64,000 nucleotides of DNA from Thermodesulfobacteriota bacterium. Its GTDB lineage: Bacteria; Desulfobacterota; Desulfobacteria; Desulfobacterales; C00003060. Made by a program: the position numbers and the translations under genes. How positions within the stretch are numbered: the stretch's first letter is position 1; each line of letters begins with the position of its first letter. Shown in pieces: positions 8,268 through 17,922 of the stretch. The stretch lies in contig JAXHVD010000012.1 of NCBI GenBank assembly GCA_034189385.1, forward strand, positions 1 to 64,000, in the 5' to 3' direction. The notes beneath the pieces are model-generated. The model saw only the letters and a program-made list of their open reading frames with translations. It had not been told where the DNA came from and did no database searches.

Positions 8268-9206
8268 TTGCTCACCACATTTGAAAAGGGCGGCCGGAAA
8301 AGCCATGGGCGGGGTGGGACAGATCCCACGAAAGGGTTTCTTTATTCGTTGGGAGGGGTAATCCTTCTGTCCACGAACTTCGTGACCGCTAAGTATGGCT
8401 TGCAAGGATTCAATCCCGAAACATTCAGCCTTGTGTGGACATCTGCTGCAGCCATATACGCTTTTGCCATTGCCCTGGCTGGCCCTTCAAGCCGAGACCA
8501 GGTCTTTCCCGCAGGTAGTCTGAAGGCCATGTTATCATTGGGAATTGCCACTGGCGTCGGGATGCTTCTGGCGTGGCAGGGTCTTGCTCGCCTTGATCCC
8601 GCATTTGCTTCTTTCCTATGGCGATTCTTCCCTGTTATAACCATTCTTGCTGGCGTTCTTTTCCTAAAGGAGCGCTTGTCCAAACCAGAAGTGCTTTCAA
8701 TGACCATCATGCTCCTTGGCAGCCTGTGGGGCGTAGCCGACAGGTGGGAGATCGTCGGCATGGGTGCCCTTCTGACGGTTCTAGCCGGATGTGCCGGCAC
8801 TGTGCAACTGTTGATTGCCAAGTTGCAGACACATCGGGTGCACCCGAACGTGCTCGTTGCATACAGGGTCGGAATCGGGTCAGTGATCATAGCTTGTTGG
8901 ACAGTAGTCACAGGCACAGCCGATTTTTCTGTTGGATTTCGTTATTGGTGTGTCACCCTTTTGGGTGCTTTCCTGGGGCCATGTGCCAGTTTTCTCCTCA
9001 CCTTTCGTGCTTACAAGTATTGGTCCCTGTCCCAGTCCACTATCGTGCTTACGGCCCAACCATTGCTGGTTCTACCGATGACATACATGTTCCTGGGAAC
9101 CCTGCCTACGGCGAGAGAGTTGGTGGGGGGCTGCATGATTCTCACCGGAGCATTCTGGCTTGCCTTCTTGCAGGTAGCCACCAGAAAAACCAGGAGGCAG
9201 CCTTAA
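8268..9206 (+). CDS. DMT/EamA family transporter
   Basis: About 10 hydrophobic helices, FLKERL motif, two-repeat EamA architecture; start uncertain. Confidence 0.85.
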   Translation: MLTTFEKGGRKSHGRGGTDPTKGFLYSLGGVILLSTNFVTAKYGLQGFNPETFSLVWTSAAAIYAFAIALAGPSSRDQVFPAGSLKAMLSLGIATGVGMLLAWQGLARLDPAFASFLWRFFPVITILAGVLFLKERLSKPEVLSMTIMLLGSLWGVADRWEIVGMGALLTVLAGCAGTVQLLIAKLQTHRVHPNVLVAYRVGIGSVIIACWTVVTGTADFSVGFRYWCVTLLGAFLGPCASFLLTFRAYKYWSLSQSTIVLTAQPLLVLPMTYMFLGTLPTARELVGGCMILTGAFWLAFLQVATRKTRRQP

Positions 9207-9343
9207 GGCATAAGGAAATGAGCGTCCATAGGATGTCTCTTTGTCTATCAAAGGGGCCACAACTTCCATCATGATCTATTTGCTGGCATCATCACATGGT
9301 CATCGAGCCATGAAGGGAGACAACCTGCCAGGAGCTGAAACAC

Positions 9344-9733
9344 ATGAAGGTAATTCGTTCAACAGCATTGCAATATATTCCCGCCAGCCACGAAGACCCG
9401 ATATCACCTGGAGTCCTGAAAAAGGTCTTGTTGCGCAAAGAGGACCTCATAGAAGGTAGGGTGCAGATGATCAATTGGGCATTGCTCCCTGTGGGCAAAG
9501 CCTTCAGATCTCACTACCACCAGGACATGGAGGAAGTCTTCATCGTCATCCATGGCAATGCCAAGATCACAGTGGGAAAAGAACAAGCAAAGATAGGGCC
9601 AGGAGACGTGGTCGTGATCCCTGTGGGGACTGTTCACAAGATGGAAAACACGGGAAAGGAAAACCTTGAATACCTTGTTATGGGTGTATCCCTAGGACAG
9701 AAGGGCAAGACTGTAACCGTTCGCCCCCCGTAG
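9344..9733 (+). CDS. Cupin domain protein
   Basis: HYHQDMEE...GDVVVIPVGTVHKMENTG cupin motifs. Confidence 0.88.
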   Translation: MKVIRSTALQYIPASHEDPISPGVLKKVLLRKEDLIEGRVQMINWALLPVGKAFRSHYHQDMEEVFIVIHGNAKITVGKEQAKIGPGDVVVIPVGTVHKMENTGKENLEYLVMGVSLGQKGKTVTVRPP

Positions 9734-9807
9734 GCGGACCACCAGTTTAAGACTAAGCCATCCCATGGGAACGTTGGGGAAGGCAACGCAAGGGATAGGC
9801 TTTGCCT

Positions 9808-10224
9808 TCAGGCCTCGGGATCTGCTGTGGTGTGGGATTGGATGAAATACCTCAGATGAGACTGCTGCTCCTCCGTGAGGTTTCTAAATTGGATACCACA
9901 TCGTCTCGTCCCAAGACTGACACCGGTGGCAGGGTCTGACACGACATCTGAAATGGCCCTGACCGGCACCTTATGCAGACAAAACTCACTATTGCTCAGT
10001 AATACGTCCAAGTAGCTTGACCTTGATGACTGTTTTTCTGCTCCCATGTAATGGAATGAAAGCCCACCCATGCCGATGTCAATAATGTCCCCCATGACAG
10101 GAGAAGGCGGCCAGTGTCGCCTGACCATGGCATAAGCCCTAATGCCGATGACATTGAAACGTGCATGCTGTCTTCGTTCCAGCCATACCTCTTTCTTCTT
10201 CATGGTGGGAATCATGGTCTTCAC
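9808..10224 (-). CDS. PilZ domain protein
   Basis: ERRQHARF and DIGMGGLSF motifs, RRCGIQF; AGGAGAGG RBS. Confidence 0.85.
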   Translation of the reverse strand: MKTMIPTMKKKEVWLERRQHARFNVIGIRAYAMVRRHWPPSPVMGDIIDIGMGGLSFHYMGAEKQSSRSSYLDVLLSNSEFCLHKVPVRAISDVVSDPATGVSLGTRRCGIQFRNLTEEQQSHLRYFIQSHTTADPEA

Positions 10225-10786
10225 CTCTCCTTTGCAGAAAAAAGGTCACTTCCTGATTGGAACTCTCCTGCGCCACCTGTCCGGTGCCAAGAGTCTTGCA
10301 AATTCGAGGCCACATGACGCAACAGATCCATATGCCCCCACAATGGCATGGTCGTAACTGAAAAACTGTTGTGATCAGGGGCTCACGAAGAAACGTCAAC
10401 GGTTGAAAAGGCAAGGAATTCGGACAAAAAAGACCCACCGGAATGTTCTTCATCGTCAAAAACTTGACGCCCAAAAAGAGCAAAGGTTGTATCCAGACAC
10501 GTTCTTAGGCCAGGCAAATTACGGGCGCACCTCATACACGTGAGGTGAGAGGCAACCCAAGGAGATTCTGCTGGGATGCTTAAAGCCAGCCACCGCTGGC
10601 CATTGCCCCTATTTTCTTGACCTTAGTACAACTATTAGGATACGTATGCCCCCACAGGGGCCACAGGGTATTTTACAGGTTCCACGCAACGCCCATGGGG
10701 CATGGCCTTTGCGCATCGACCTCATTCACCCTTGCGTCAAGGTCGATTCTTGCCTCATGAAGGGGCCAACAATAGGAGAATGATCT

Positions 10787-11782
10787 TTGAGCAAGCACCA
10801 GTGGACTGCTGGTAAGCTTCTGAGTCTGTCCGGCGGCTATTGGCAAACGTGTGTCTTGCATGCAGGCATTCAGATAAAGCTGTTTTCCATCATCGGCGAT
10901 GACGCCCTAACAGCCCTTGAGACTGCCAAGGAGTTGAAGGCACCAACCCGGGGTGTGGAAATGCTCCTCAACGCCCTTTGCGCCCTGGGTCTCCTTCGCA
11001 AGAGAAAGGACCTATACGCCAACACCTCGGAAAGTAAAACTTTTCTGGTGGAGAAATCTGCGCGCTACATAGGTCACATCATCACCCACCATTTTCATTT
11101 AATGCCTGCTTGGTCCCAATTGCCTCATGCAGTCATGACTGGACAGCCTGTCAGAAAGAGGTCCTCTTTTGGCGAGGCAGAAGAGCGGGAAGGCTTTCTC
11201 ATGGGCATGTACAACCTTGCCATGCAGATTGCTCCTGGGCTGTCAAAGGAAATAAGCCTTAAGGGCCGACGTCACTTACTTGATCTGGGTGGAGGTCCCG
11301 GCACTTATGCCATTCATTTCTGTCTGGCAAATCCACGCCTCAAAGCCACTGTGTATGATCTTCCGACTACGGAGCCTTTTGCCGCCAAAACGATCAAGCG
11401 CTTTGGCCTGAGCCACCGAATAGATTTTACAGCCGGGAATTACTTGGAACAACAGATAAAAGGGCTGTACGATATTGCATGGCTATCCCATGTTCTTCAC
11501 GGCGAAGGGCCTGAAGACTGTGAAAGGATCCTCATGAATGTGGTATCGACTATGGAAAGTGGCGGACTAATCCTGATCCACGATTTTATCCTTGACGAAA
11601 ACTCTGATGGCCCTCTTTTCCCCGCCCTCTTCTCTCTCAATATGCTCATTAATACAGATGAAGGTCGGTCTTACACGGAGACTCAGCTCAAGGAGATGTT
11701 GGAAAGGGCTGGGGTGAGGGAAGCACGTCGCTTGGCTTTCCGGGGCCCCAATGACTCAGGCATTGTTTCTGGTGTCATCTGA
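10787..11782 (+). CDS. SAM-dependent O-methyltransferase (methyltransf_2 with dimerisation domain)
   Basis: LLDLGGGPG, VYDLP, SHVLH, FSLNML motifs. Confidence 0.9.
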   Translation: MSKHQWTAGKLLSLSGGYWQTCVLHAGIQIKLFSIIGDDALTALETAKELKAPTRGVEMLLNALCALGLLRKRKDLYANTSESKTFLVEKSARYIGHIITHHFHLMPAWSQLPHAVMTGQPVRKRSSFGEAEEREGFLMGMYNLAMQIAPGLSKEISLKGRRHLLDLGGGPGTYAIHFCLANPRLKATVYDLPTTEPFAAKTIKRFGLSHRIDFTAGNYLEQQIKGLYDIAWLSHVLHGEGPEDCERILMNVVSTMESGGLILIHDFILDENSDGPLFPALFSLNMLINTDEGRSYTETQLKEMLERAGVREARRLAFRGPNDSGIVSGVI

Positions 11783-11954
11783 ATCCCTTCCCGGAAGGCT
11801 TGCATAGGGGCAGTGTATCCCTGCATACATGGTCTTGAGAAAAAGGCCATTCTTTTTGGAACCGAAACCGAGCCGAAAGCCAAGTGCCAAGGCCTGTGGC
11901 CTTGCTCGAAGGAAAACCCTTAGCACGTAACCACATAAGAATATAATCCCTGCA

Positions 11955-12683
11955 ATGGTAATCGTAGAAAAGCAGCAGACGCTGCGCCATATATATGACA
12001 TTTATGAGGACTTCTCAAAAGGTATTACCACAGCATGCAAGCGAGGATGTGCCACCTGCTGTACTCAAAACGTAACGCTGACCACCTTAGAAGGTTACTA
12101 TATCCTCCAGCACCTCACTACCAGTGGAAAGATGGATCTTTTACGTGCTGTCCATCGTACAAAACAGCAAAGACGTTTTCAACCGACCCTCAGTGTCAAT
12201 GCGTTGGCAGCCCTTTGCTCCCGAGGCGAAGAACCCCAGGAAGAACACATGAACTGTCCTCCTGTGGCCTGTCCGTTTCTCTATCGTAACGAATGTCTTA
12301 TATATGAGAAGCGGCCTTTTGGCTGCAGGTGTTTCTTTTCTACCAGACTATGCACAGATGAGGCATGCGCAGTGGTGGACCCATTTCTTATGACAGTAAA
12401 CACTGTCTTTCTGCAGCTTATTGAGCACATCGACGCAAGAGGCCTCTTCGGCAACATGAGCGATGTGATCCTCTTCCTGGAGCCTCGGGCTCGACGTTCG
12501 CGATATGAGATCCATGGCGCCTTTGATCGGCTGGAGGACCACCGTGGCGGCGATGATCCTCATCACTTCGGCCCACTTTCCCAGAACAGGCCCATACCAG
12601 TCCTCTTGGCCCCACCAGAACATCAGGAGCAATTACAACCTATACTGCAGGCACTGGAAAAAATCAGAATAAAACACACCTGA
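11955..12683 (+). CDS. YkgJ-family CxxCxxCC cysteine cluster protein
   Basis: CKRGCATCC, CPFL, CLIYEKRPFGCR. Confidence 0.82.
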   Translation: MVIVEKQQTLRHIYDIYEDFSKGITTACKRGCATCCTQNVTLTTLEGYYILQHLTTSGKMDLLRAVHRTKQQRRFQPTLSVNALAALCSRGEEPQEEHMNCPPVACPFLYRNECLIYEKRPFGCRCFFSTRLCTDEACAVVDPFLMTVNTVFLQLIEHIDARGLFGNMSDVILFLEPRARRSRYEIHGAFDRLEDHRGGDDPHHFGPLSQNRPIPVLLAPPEHQEQLQPILQALEKIRIKHT

Positions 12684-12751
12684 TTTGTAGACAGGGAAAG
12701 GGCCTGTAAAGCGCTAGGATCGAAATGCTGCAGGCAACGGAGACGTACCCG

Positions 12752-13168
12752 TTAGGAGAGAAAAACCAGCCGGCTTTCTGCCGTGGCGATGACCGTTCCA
12801 TTCTCCACTCCTCGGATCTCGCCCCTTGCCACAGCACCCCGGCTCTTTTTCTGAATGACATAACCCTCTGCTTGAATCTCTTGCCCCACTGGTAATGGCT
12901 CTCGGTAGGTAATCTGAAGGAAGGTGGTGACGGCTTTGCCCACATAGTGCATCACGGCGTGGGCCATAATTTCATCAAGGACCGTGGCCACCACACCCCC
13001 GTGGACGATATCTTTCCACCCTTGGAATTCTCGCTTAAGAGAGAGTCGGCTTATCGCTTTGTTCTTAACATAAATAACCTCCATACGGAGCCCTATGGGA
13101 TTATGGGGCCCGCAAGCAAAGCAATACTTGTCGTCGGCAAGTCTGTTCTTTGACTCTTTGCCCGTCAC
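12752..13168 (-). CDS. PaaI family thioesterase
   Basis: CFACGPHNPIGL and HGGVVATVLDE motifs. Confidence 0.9.
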   Translation of the reverse strand: MTGKESKNRLADDKYCFACGPHNPIGLRMEVIYVKNKAISRLSLKREFQGWKDIVHGGVVATVLDEIMAHAVMHYVGKAVTTFLQITYREPLPVGQEIQAEGYVIQKKSRGAVARGEIRGVENGTVIATAESRLVFLS

Positions 13169-13171
13169 CGA

Positions 13172-13558
13172 TCACTGAATGGCGTAAACTCCCCGGCCAA
13201 CCCTCTTGATGATACCCTTTTTGGAGAGCCTAAAGATGATGTTGCGAATCTTCTTGTCTTCAAACCTGGATTTTGCCTTAAGTCCCCCCACATCTACTCC
13301 CTTGGGGTACCTTCTCAAAATGGTCAAAATCGTCTCAGTAGCTGTTGTTTTTGCCGCACCCTTGAAGGCCTTTTTCCCTTTCGCTGCATCTGTTCCCCCA
13401 GTTGTCTTCCTAGATCCTTTGTGTGCCTTAAGGGCTGCTTCAAGATGATCCATTTTCACCCAAAGTCTTTCAATGTCTTGTTTCGTGGCGATACCGTATT
13501 GCTGAAGAAAGAATCTAATCATCACATCAAAGCTCGGGTCTTTTCGCTTCCTCTTCAT
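13172..13558 (-). CDS. Hypothetical protein with C-terminal winged-helix-like segment
   Basis: GGGAGGGAG RBS; KKIRNIIFRLSKKGIIKRVGRGVY. Confidence 0.7.
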   Translation of the reverse strand: MKRKRKDPSFDVMIRFFLQQYGIATKQDIERLWVKMDHLEAALKAHKGSRKTTGGTDAAKGKKAFKGAAKTTATETILTILRRYPKGVDVGGLKAKSRFEDKKIRNIIFRLSKKGIIKRVGRGVYAIQ

Positions 13559-13636
13559 ATTCTCCCTCCCATAATAATGTGATATAGAGGCAATCTCTTG
13601 GTTCTGCCAAAACTTACGAAAAGTGAAACGGATTTT

Positions 13637-16027
13637 CTAGGGTTTTACCTTTGCCTTCTTTCGCGACGATTTTTTCTTTTCAGGTTGGCTGAAGATCATT
13701 TTGCTCATTTCTATCTCATCTTCGTCAACTTTGACTTTCTCTATTTCCGCAATGGCTTCAACAAAGCGTTGCCCCTCTGCTGCAGAGACCCATTTCAGCA
13801 TCAGCCTATCAGGATTGATTCCCCGACTCTCCAGTTTTTCCTTAAAATTTGTAATCCTATCTCTGGTAAACAGGTTGTTGTCAAGGTAATGACAGTCTCC
13901 CGGGTGACATCCTGAAACCATGACCTTGGAAGCCCCTAGAAGGAAGGCGTATTTGATAAGGCCTGTTGTCACCCGACAAGAACACATTGTCTTTATGATT
14001 CTGACCTTTGCACTGTATTGCAATCTGCTGGTCCCTGCAAAATCTGCTCCTGCATAGGAACACCAATGGCAGGCAAAGACAATAATTTTGTCTTCTGGGC
14101 GCTTCAGGGCTGCCCTCAACTGGGCCCGCAGATGCTCTTCTGTGTGGTTGACTATAGAGATGGCGTCAAACTTACAAGAGCTAAGACAGTTGCCACATCC
14201 ACGGCACATGGCCTGCTCAATAACAGCCACTTTGTCTTCTATTCGAATGGCGCCAAAAAGACATTGTTTGCTACATTTTCCGCAGCCGGTGCATTTTTCC
14301 TTGTCCACTTTTGCTATGATGGGAGAAAGTTCGGCCATGTCTTTCTGAAAGTGTTTAGATACCTGAATTGCCGCGTTACCGGCTTGCTCGATACACTGCT
14401 TTACATCAGAAGGACTACCCACAGCTCCAGCGAAATAAATGCCCTTTGTTGGCGTAGAGTTTGGAGACAATTGGTTGTCTTCCTTAATGAAACCTCTTTT
14501 CCCCATAGGGACGCCCAGAGTGACTGACATCTCCTTCGCCGTTGGGACTATGCCCACTGCCAGCACCACGAGGTCAAAGTGCTTTCTCATGAGCTTCTGT
14601 TCCCCCAAAAAGGGATCAGAGAAAACCAGGACATGGTCTTGGGTTACTTCTGGAAAGGAGTTGACAAAAATGACGCCTTGTCTCCTTGCCTCCTGAAACA
14701 TCTTTTCCTGCCTGTTGCCGGAAGTTCGAATGCCATTGTGAAAAACGAATATATCCAGATCGGGCAAATGCTCTTTCAAGAGGAGAGTATTCTTCACAGT
14801 ATTAGGGCAACATAGTTTTGAGCAGTAGGGAAGCTGTCCCTCTTTCATTGACCTGGAACCTGCACACTGAATAAAGGCAATGCTCTCTGGTAGCTGGCCT
14901 GTGGAGGGCCGGATAATCCGTCCATTCGTTGGACCCTCAGCTGACATCATCCTTTCAAGTTCCATCGAAGTGATGACATCAGGAAAGCGCTCTTCACCGT
15001 AGCCATATAATCCCACTGGCTCGTAAGGCCTTGCACCGGTGGCCGCTACGATGGTGCCCACACGCACCGTCTCCTCCTCAACACTTTGTGAAAAATCGAT
15101 TGCATGTTTCTTGCAGTCTTCAAGACATTTCTGGCACCCTTCCTCTGTAAAATGGATGCACACCTTGTCATCAATGACATACTGCCTGGGAACAGACTGA
15201 AGGAAGGGAGTATATATGGCCTTTCTCAGAGCGCGGCCCGCGTTGAACTCATCTTCAGTAAAGACATTGCACCGTTGCAAACAGTCACCGCAAAAAGTAC
15301 AATCTTCAGTAATATACCGTGGGTGTTTTCTCAGCGTGACTTCAAAGTTACCAACATAGCCCTTGGTTTCGATTACCTCAGACATGGTGAGTAACTCAAT
15401 TTTTGGATGTCGACCGACATCCACCATCTTCGGCCCCAGAATTCAGGGGCTGCAGTTTTGATCAGGAAATATCTTGTTGAGCTGTGCCATTTTCCCGCCA
15501 ATGGTAGGGCCCTTTTCCACGAGAATCACCTGGTGCTCGAGGTCGGCAAGTTGAAGGCTTGCTTCAATGCCAGTGATGCCTCCGCCTACGACCAGGGTCC
15601 TTTTGGTCATGGGAACCTGAAGGGGGGTTAGCGGTTCGTTGAGCTTGACCCTCTCTATTCCCATGAGCACGAGATCTATGGCCTTTTCCGTTGCCTCATC
15701 GGGCTCGTGCGTATGACACCATGAACACTGCTCACGAATATTGACCATCTCCATGAGGTAAGGATTTAAACCGGCCACTGTGCAAAGGGTTCGAAATGTC
15801 TCCTCATGAATCCTAGGGGAACAGGCTGCCACGACGATCCTCTCCAGCCCATATTCCTCAATATCACTAAGGATCTGTGCCTGTCCTCCTGTACACATGT
15901 AAGGATGCTCTCTGACGAGAGCAACTTCTGCCCGGGCTATGGCCTCGCTGACCTTGTAGCAATCTACAGGACCTGCAATATTCGTCCCACAATGACAAAT
16001 AAAAACTCCTATGCGATCATTCGACAT
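13637..16027 (-). CDS. hdrA: Selenocysteine-containing heterodisulfide reductase subunit A fused to MvhD (796 aa, Sec195)
   Basis: ORFs 15443-16027 and 13637-15427 are in frame across TGA 15443-15445 (FPDQNCSP-U-ILGPKM, the HdrA CxxC). GVFICHCG, GGGITG, IQCAGSR, YCSKLCC, ferredoxin motifs; C-terminal MvhD motifs CHWCSY and GCHPGDCHY. Confidence 0.9.
15404..15423 (-). promoter_or_regulatory. Bacterial SECIS hairpin
   Basis: Minus strand TGGATGTC-GGTC-GACATCCA, a perfect 8-bp stem with a GGUC loop, starting 19 nt after the in-frame UGA. Confidence 0.8.
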
Positions 16028-16354
16028 CTATTCTCCATTCTCCTCTCTCAATGCTATCTCTTCGGCTGTGACACTCCGTTCGCCTACCTTTTCAACAAAA
16101 ATGGCGTTCTCGCTGCAGTACAGCTGGCATCTACCGCACACCGTGCACCTACCTTCTTCAACGACTACAGGTGGGAAAAACCCCTTTTCGTTTGGCTCAG
16201 CCCCTCGCTGCAACACCTTCTCAGGGCAAAAGCGGATGCAGTCGTCACAGTCGTCACCACCTTTACAAAAGCTGGCTATGATGGTGACCTTGCCAACCGG
16301 TATAGTACACTGCTCAATATTCCAATATTGCGATGCTGGGACCTCGTGTTTCAT
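16028..16354 (-). CDS. 2[4Fe-4S] ferredoxin, OFOR delta subunit
   Basis: CKGGDDCDDCIRFCP and CTVCGRCQLYC; ATG 16354 preceded by GGAAGG (ORF extends to 16432). Confidence 0.85.
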   Translation of the reverse strand: MKHEVPASQYWNIEQCTIPVGKVTIIASFCKGGDDCDDCIRFCPEKVLQRGAEPNEKGFFPPVVVEEGRCTVCGRCQLYCSENAIFVEKVGERSVTAEEIALREENGE

Positions 16355-16461
16355 GACTTGCCTTCCGTGTTGTTTGTCATTTGTTGTCTCATAAGCCTTT
16401 CTGTCGGTCTCCCAATGAAGGTATCCATTCATTGGAATCTAAACTACGATTTATCTGTTGC

Positions 16462-17877
16462 CTACTGCATTTTGCCATACTCATAACCTTTGTCAAAGGC
16501 AGCCAAGTTCATCTCCTCGGTCCCCGGAGGCGCAGACTTCAAGATGGCTGCCTTGAGGCAGCTCTTGTCGATGATTGAGGTGACCTTGCAAACGAAGCCC
16601 ATCAAGACATTATTAGCCACGACCACCCTGAAATTCTCCCGAGCGATCTGGGTGGCAGGCACCTTGAAAACCTTTGCCGTCTTGGGGACTTTTTCAAGTA
16701 CACTGACGTTGACCATGGATTCATCGACGACAATCGTACCCTTCTTGTTGATAACCACCTCGCCACCTCGCTCCTTGGTCACAATGTCAGACATCATCAG
16801 GAGATAGTCGGGAATCTCCACAAAGGGGTAGTCAATGGGTTGAGACGACAGGAGCACATCAGTCAGACAGCTTCCCCCCTTCATCTCCGGCCCGTATCGC
16901 TTGGTCACGGTGCTGTTCAGTCTCGGATCCATATTCATGGCCGCATGAATCAAGGTTTTGCCACCTTGGACAATACCCTGCCCCCCTGTCCCCTCCATCC
17001 GGATTTGGAGATATTTTATGCCACTAGGCCTTGATTTGAAATGCACGTGAGGCTTCTTGGCACCACTCTTCTTCTTGGCCTTGACGAGGCTCAGCTGAGG
17101 CTTTTCCTGAACGCGGGCGTCTCTAAAGACTCCAAGGCTGATTTCCTTCGCGAAATCCGTTTGATTGACGTCTTCTTGGCTAAGGGTCTCTTTTATTTTG
17201 GCCTTTTCCAAAAATAAGGCCTCCAACGATTTGATCTTGTTGCGTCTCTCAAAGAGCATACAGGGTAGGAGGATCTCGACAAAACTGGGGCCCTCGTTTT
17301 GCATGGCAGAGATCATACAATCGACGAGATGGTAGGGATGAGATGAGGTAGACCGAGCCACAAAGGTGTACTGGGAAGCAAGGGCCACAGCAACAGGATT
17401 GACCGGCCTATAGGGGCTGCCCCCCGAGGTGGTGGCCGTTCGCGCCCCGAGAGGTGTGGTGGGACCGTGCTGAAAACCGGTCATGCTGTATCCGTAGTTG
17501 TTCATACAGAATACATTCACGTTATACCCGTGTCGGCCCAAGGCAAGAAAATGGTTGCCACCGATCCCCAGTATGTCTCCATCGCCTCCCATGACAGAGA
17601 CCTTGAGCTCGGGATTGGCCAACTTCACGCCAAGGGCCGTTGGGATGGCCCTGCCGTGTGTGGAATGGATGCTATCGAGGTTAAGGTACCCTGCTACACG
17701 GGATGAGCATCCGATGCCGGAGACCACTGTGCACTTGTCAGGGTCATATCCAAGGTGTTGAATAGTTTCAATAAAGGCGTTCTTGATCCTCCCAATCCGG
17801 CATCCCGAACACCAGATGTTGGGCATCATCTCCTTCCTCAGCAAATCAGCATAGGGATGCTGGCTAATATCTTCCAT
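16462..17877 (-). CDS. 2-oxoacid:ferredoxin oxidoreductase beta-gamma fusion subunit
   Basis: Beta motifs WCSGC, SGIGCSS, HGRA, GDGD...NN; gamma motifs GTGGQG, YGPEMKGG; ATG 17877 with AAGGAG (ORF extends to 17922). Confidence 0.9.
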   Translation of the reverse strand: MEDISQHPYADLLRKEMMPNIWCSGCRIGRIKNAFIETIQHLGYDPDKCTVVSGIGCSSRVAGYLNLDSIHSTHGRAIPTALGVKLANPELKVSVMGGDGDILGIGGNHFLALGRHGYNVNVFCMNNYGYSMTGFQHGPTTPLGARTATTSGGSPYRPVNPVAVALASQYTFVARSTSSHPYHLVDCMISAMQNEGPSFVEILLPCMLFERRNKIKSLEALFLEKAKIKETLSQEDVNQTDFAKEISLGVFRDARVQEKPQLSLVKAKKKSGAKKPHVHFKSRPSGIKYLQIRMEGTGGQGIVQGGKTLIHAAMNMDPRLNSTVTKRYGPEMKGGSCLTDVLLSSQPIDYPFVEIPDYLLMMSDIVTKERGGEVVINKKGTIVVDESMVNVSVLEKVPKTAKVFKVPATQIARENFRVVVANNVLMGFVCKVTSIIDKSCLKAAILKSAPPGTEEMNLAAFDKGYEYGKMQ

Positions 17878-17922
17878 TGTAGACTCCTTTGGGGTCGCTC
17901 TTTTCCCAGTCGTCAGTGGCAC

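Noticed and set aside
15443..16027. Separate 194-aa ORF or hdrA pseudogene
   Set aside because: The TGA aligns to a conserved Cys, the frame continues, and a SECIS-like hairpin follows.
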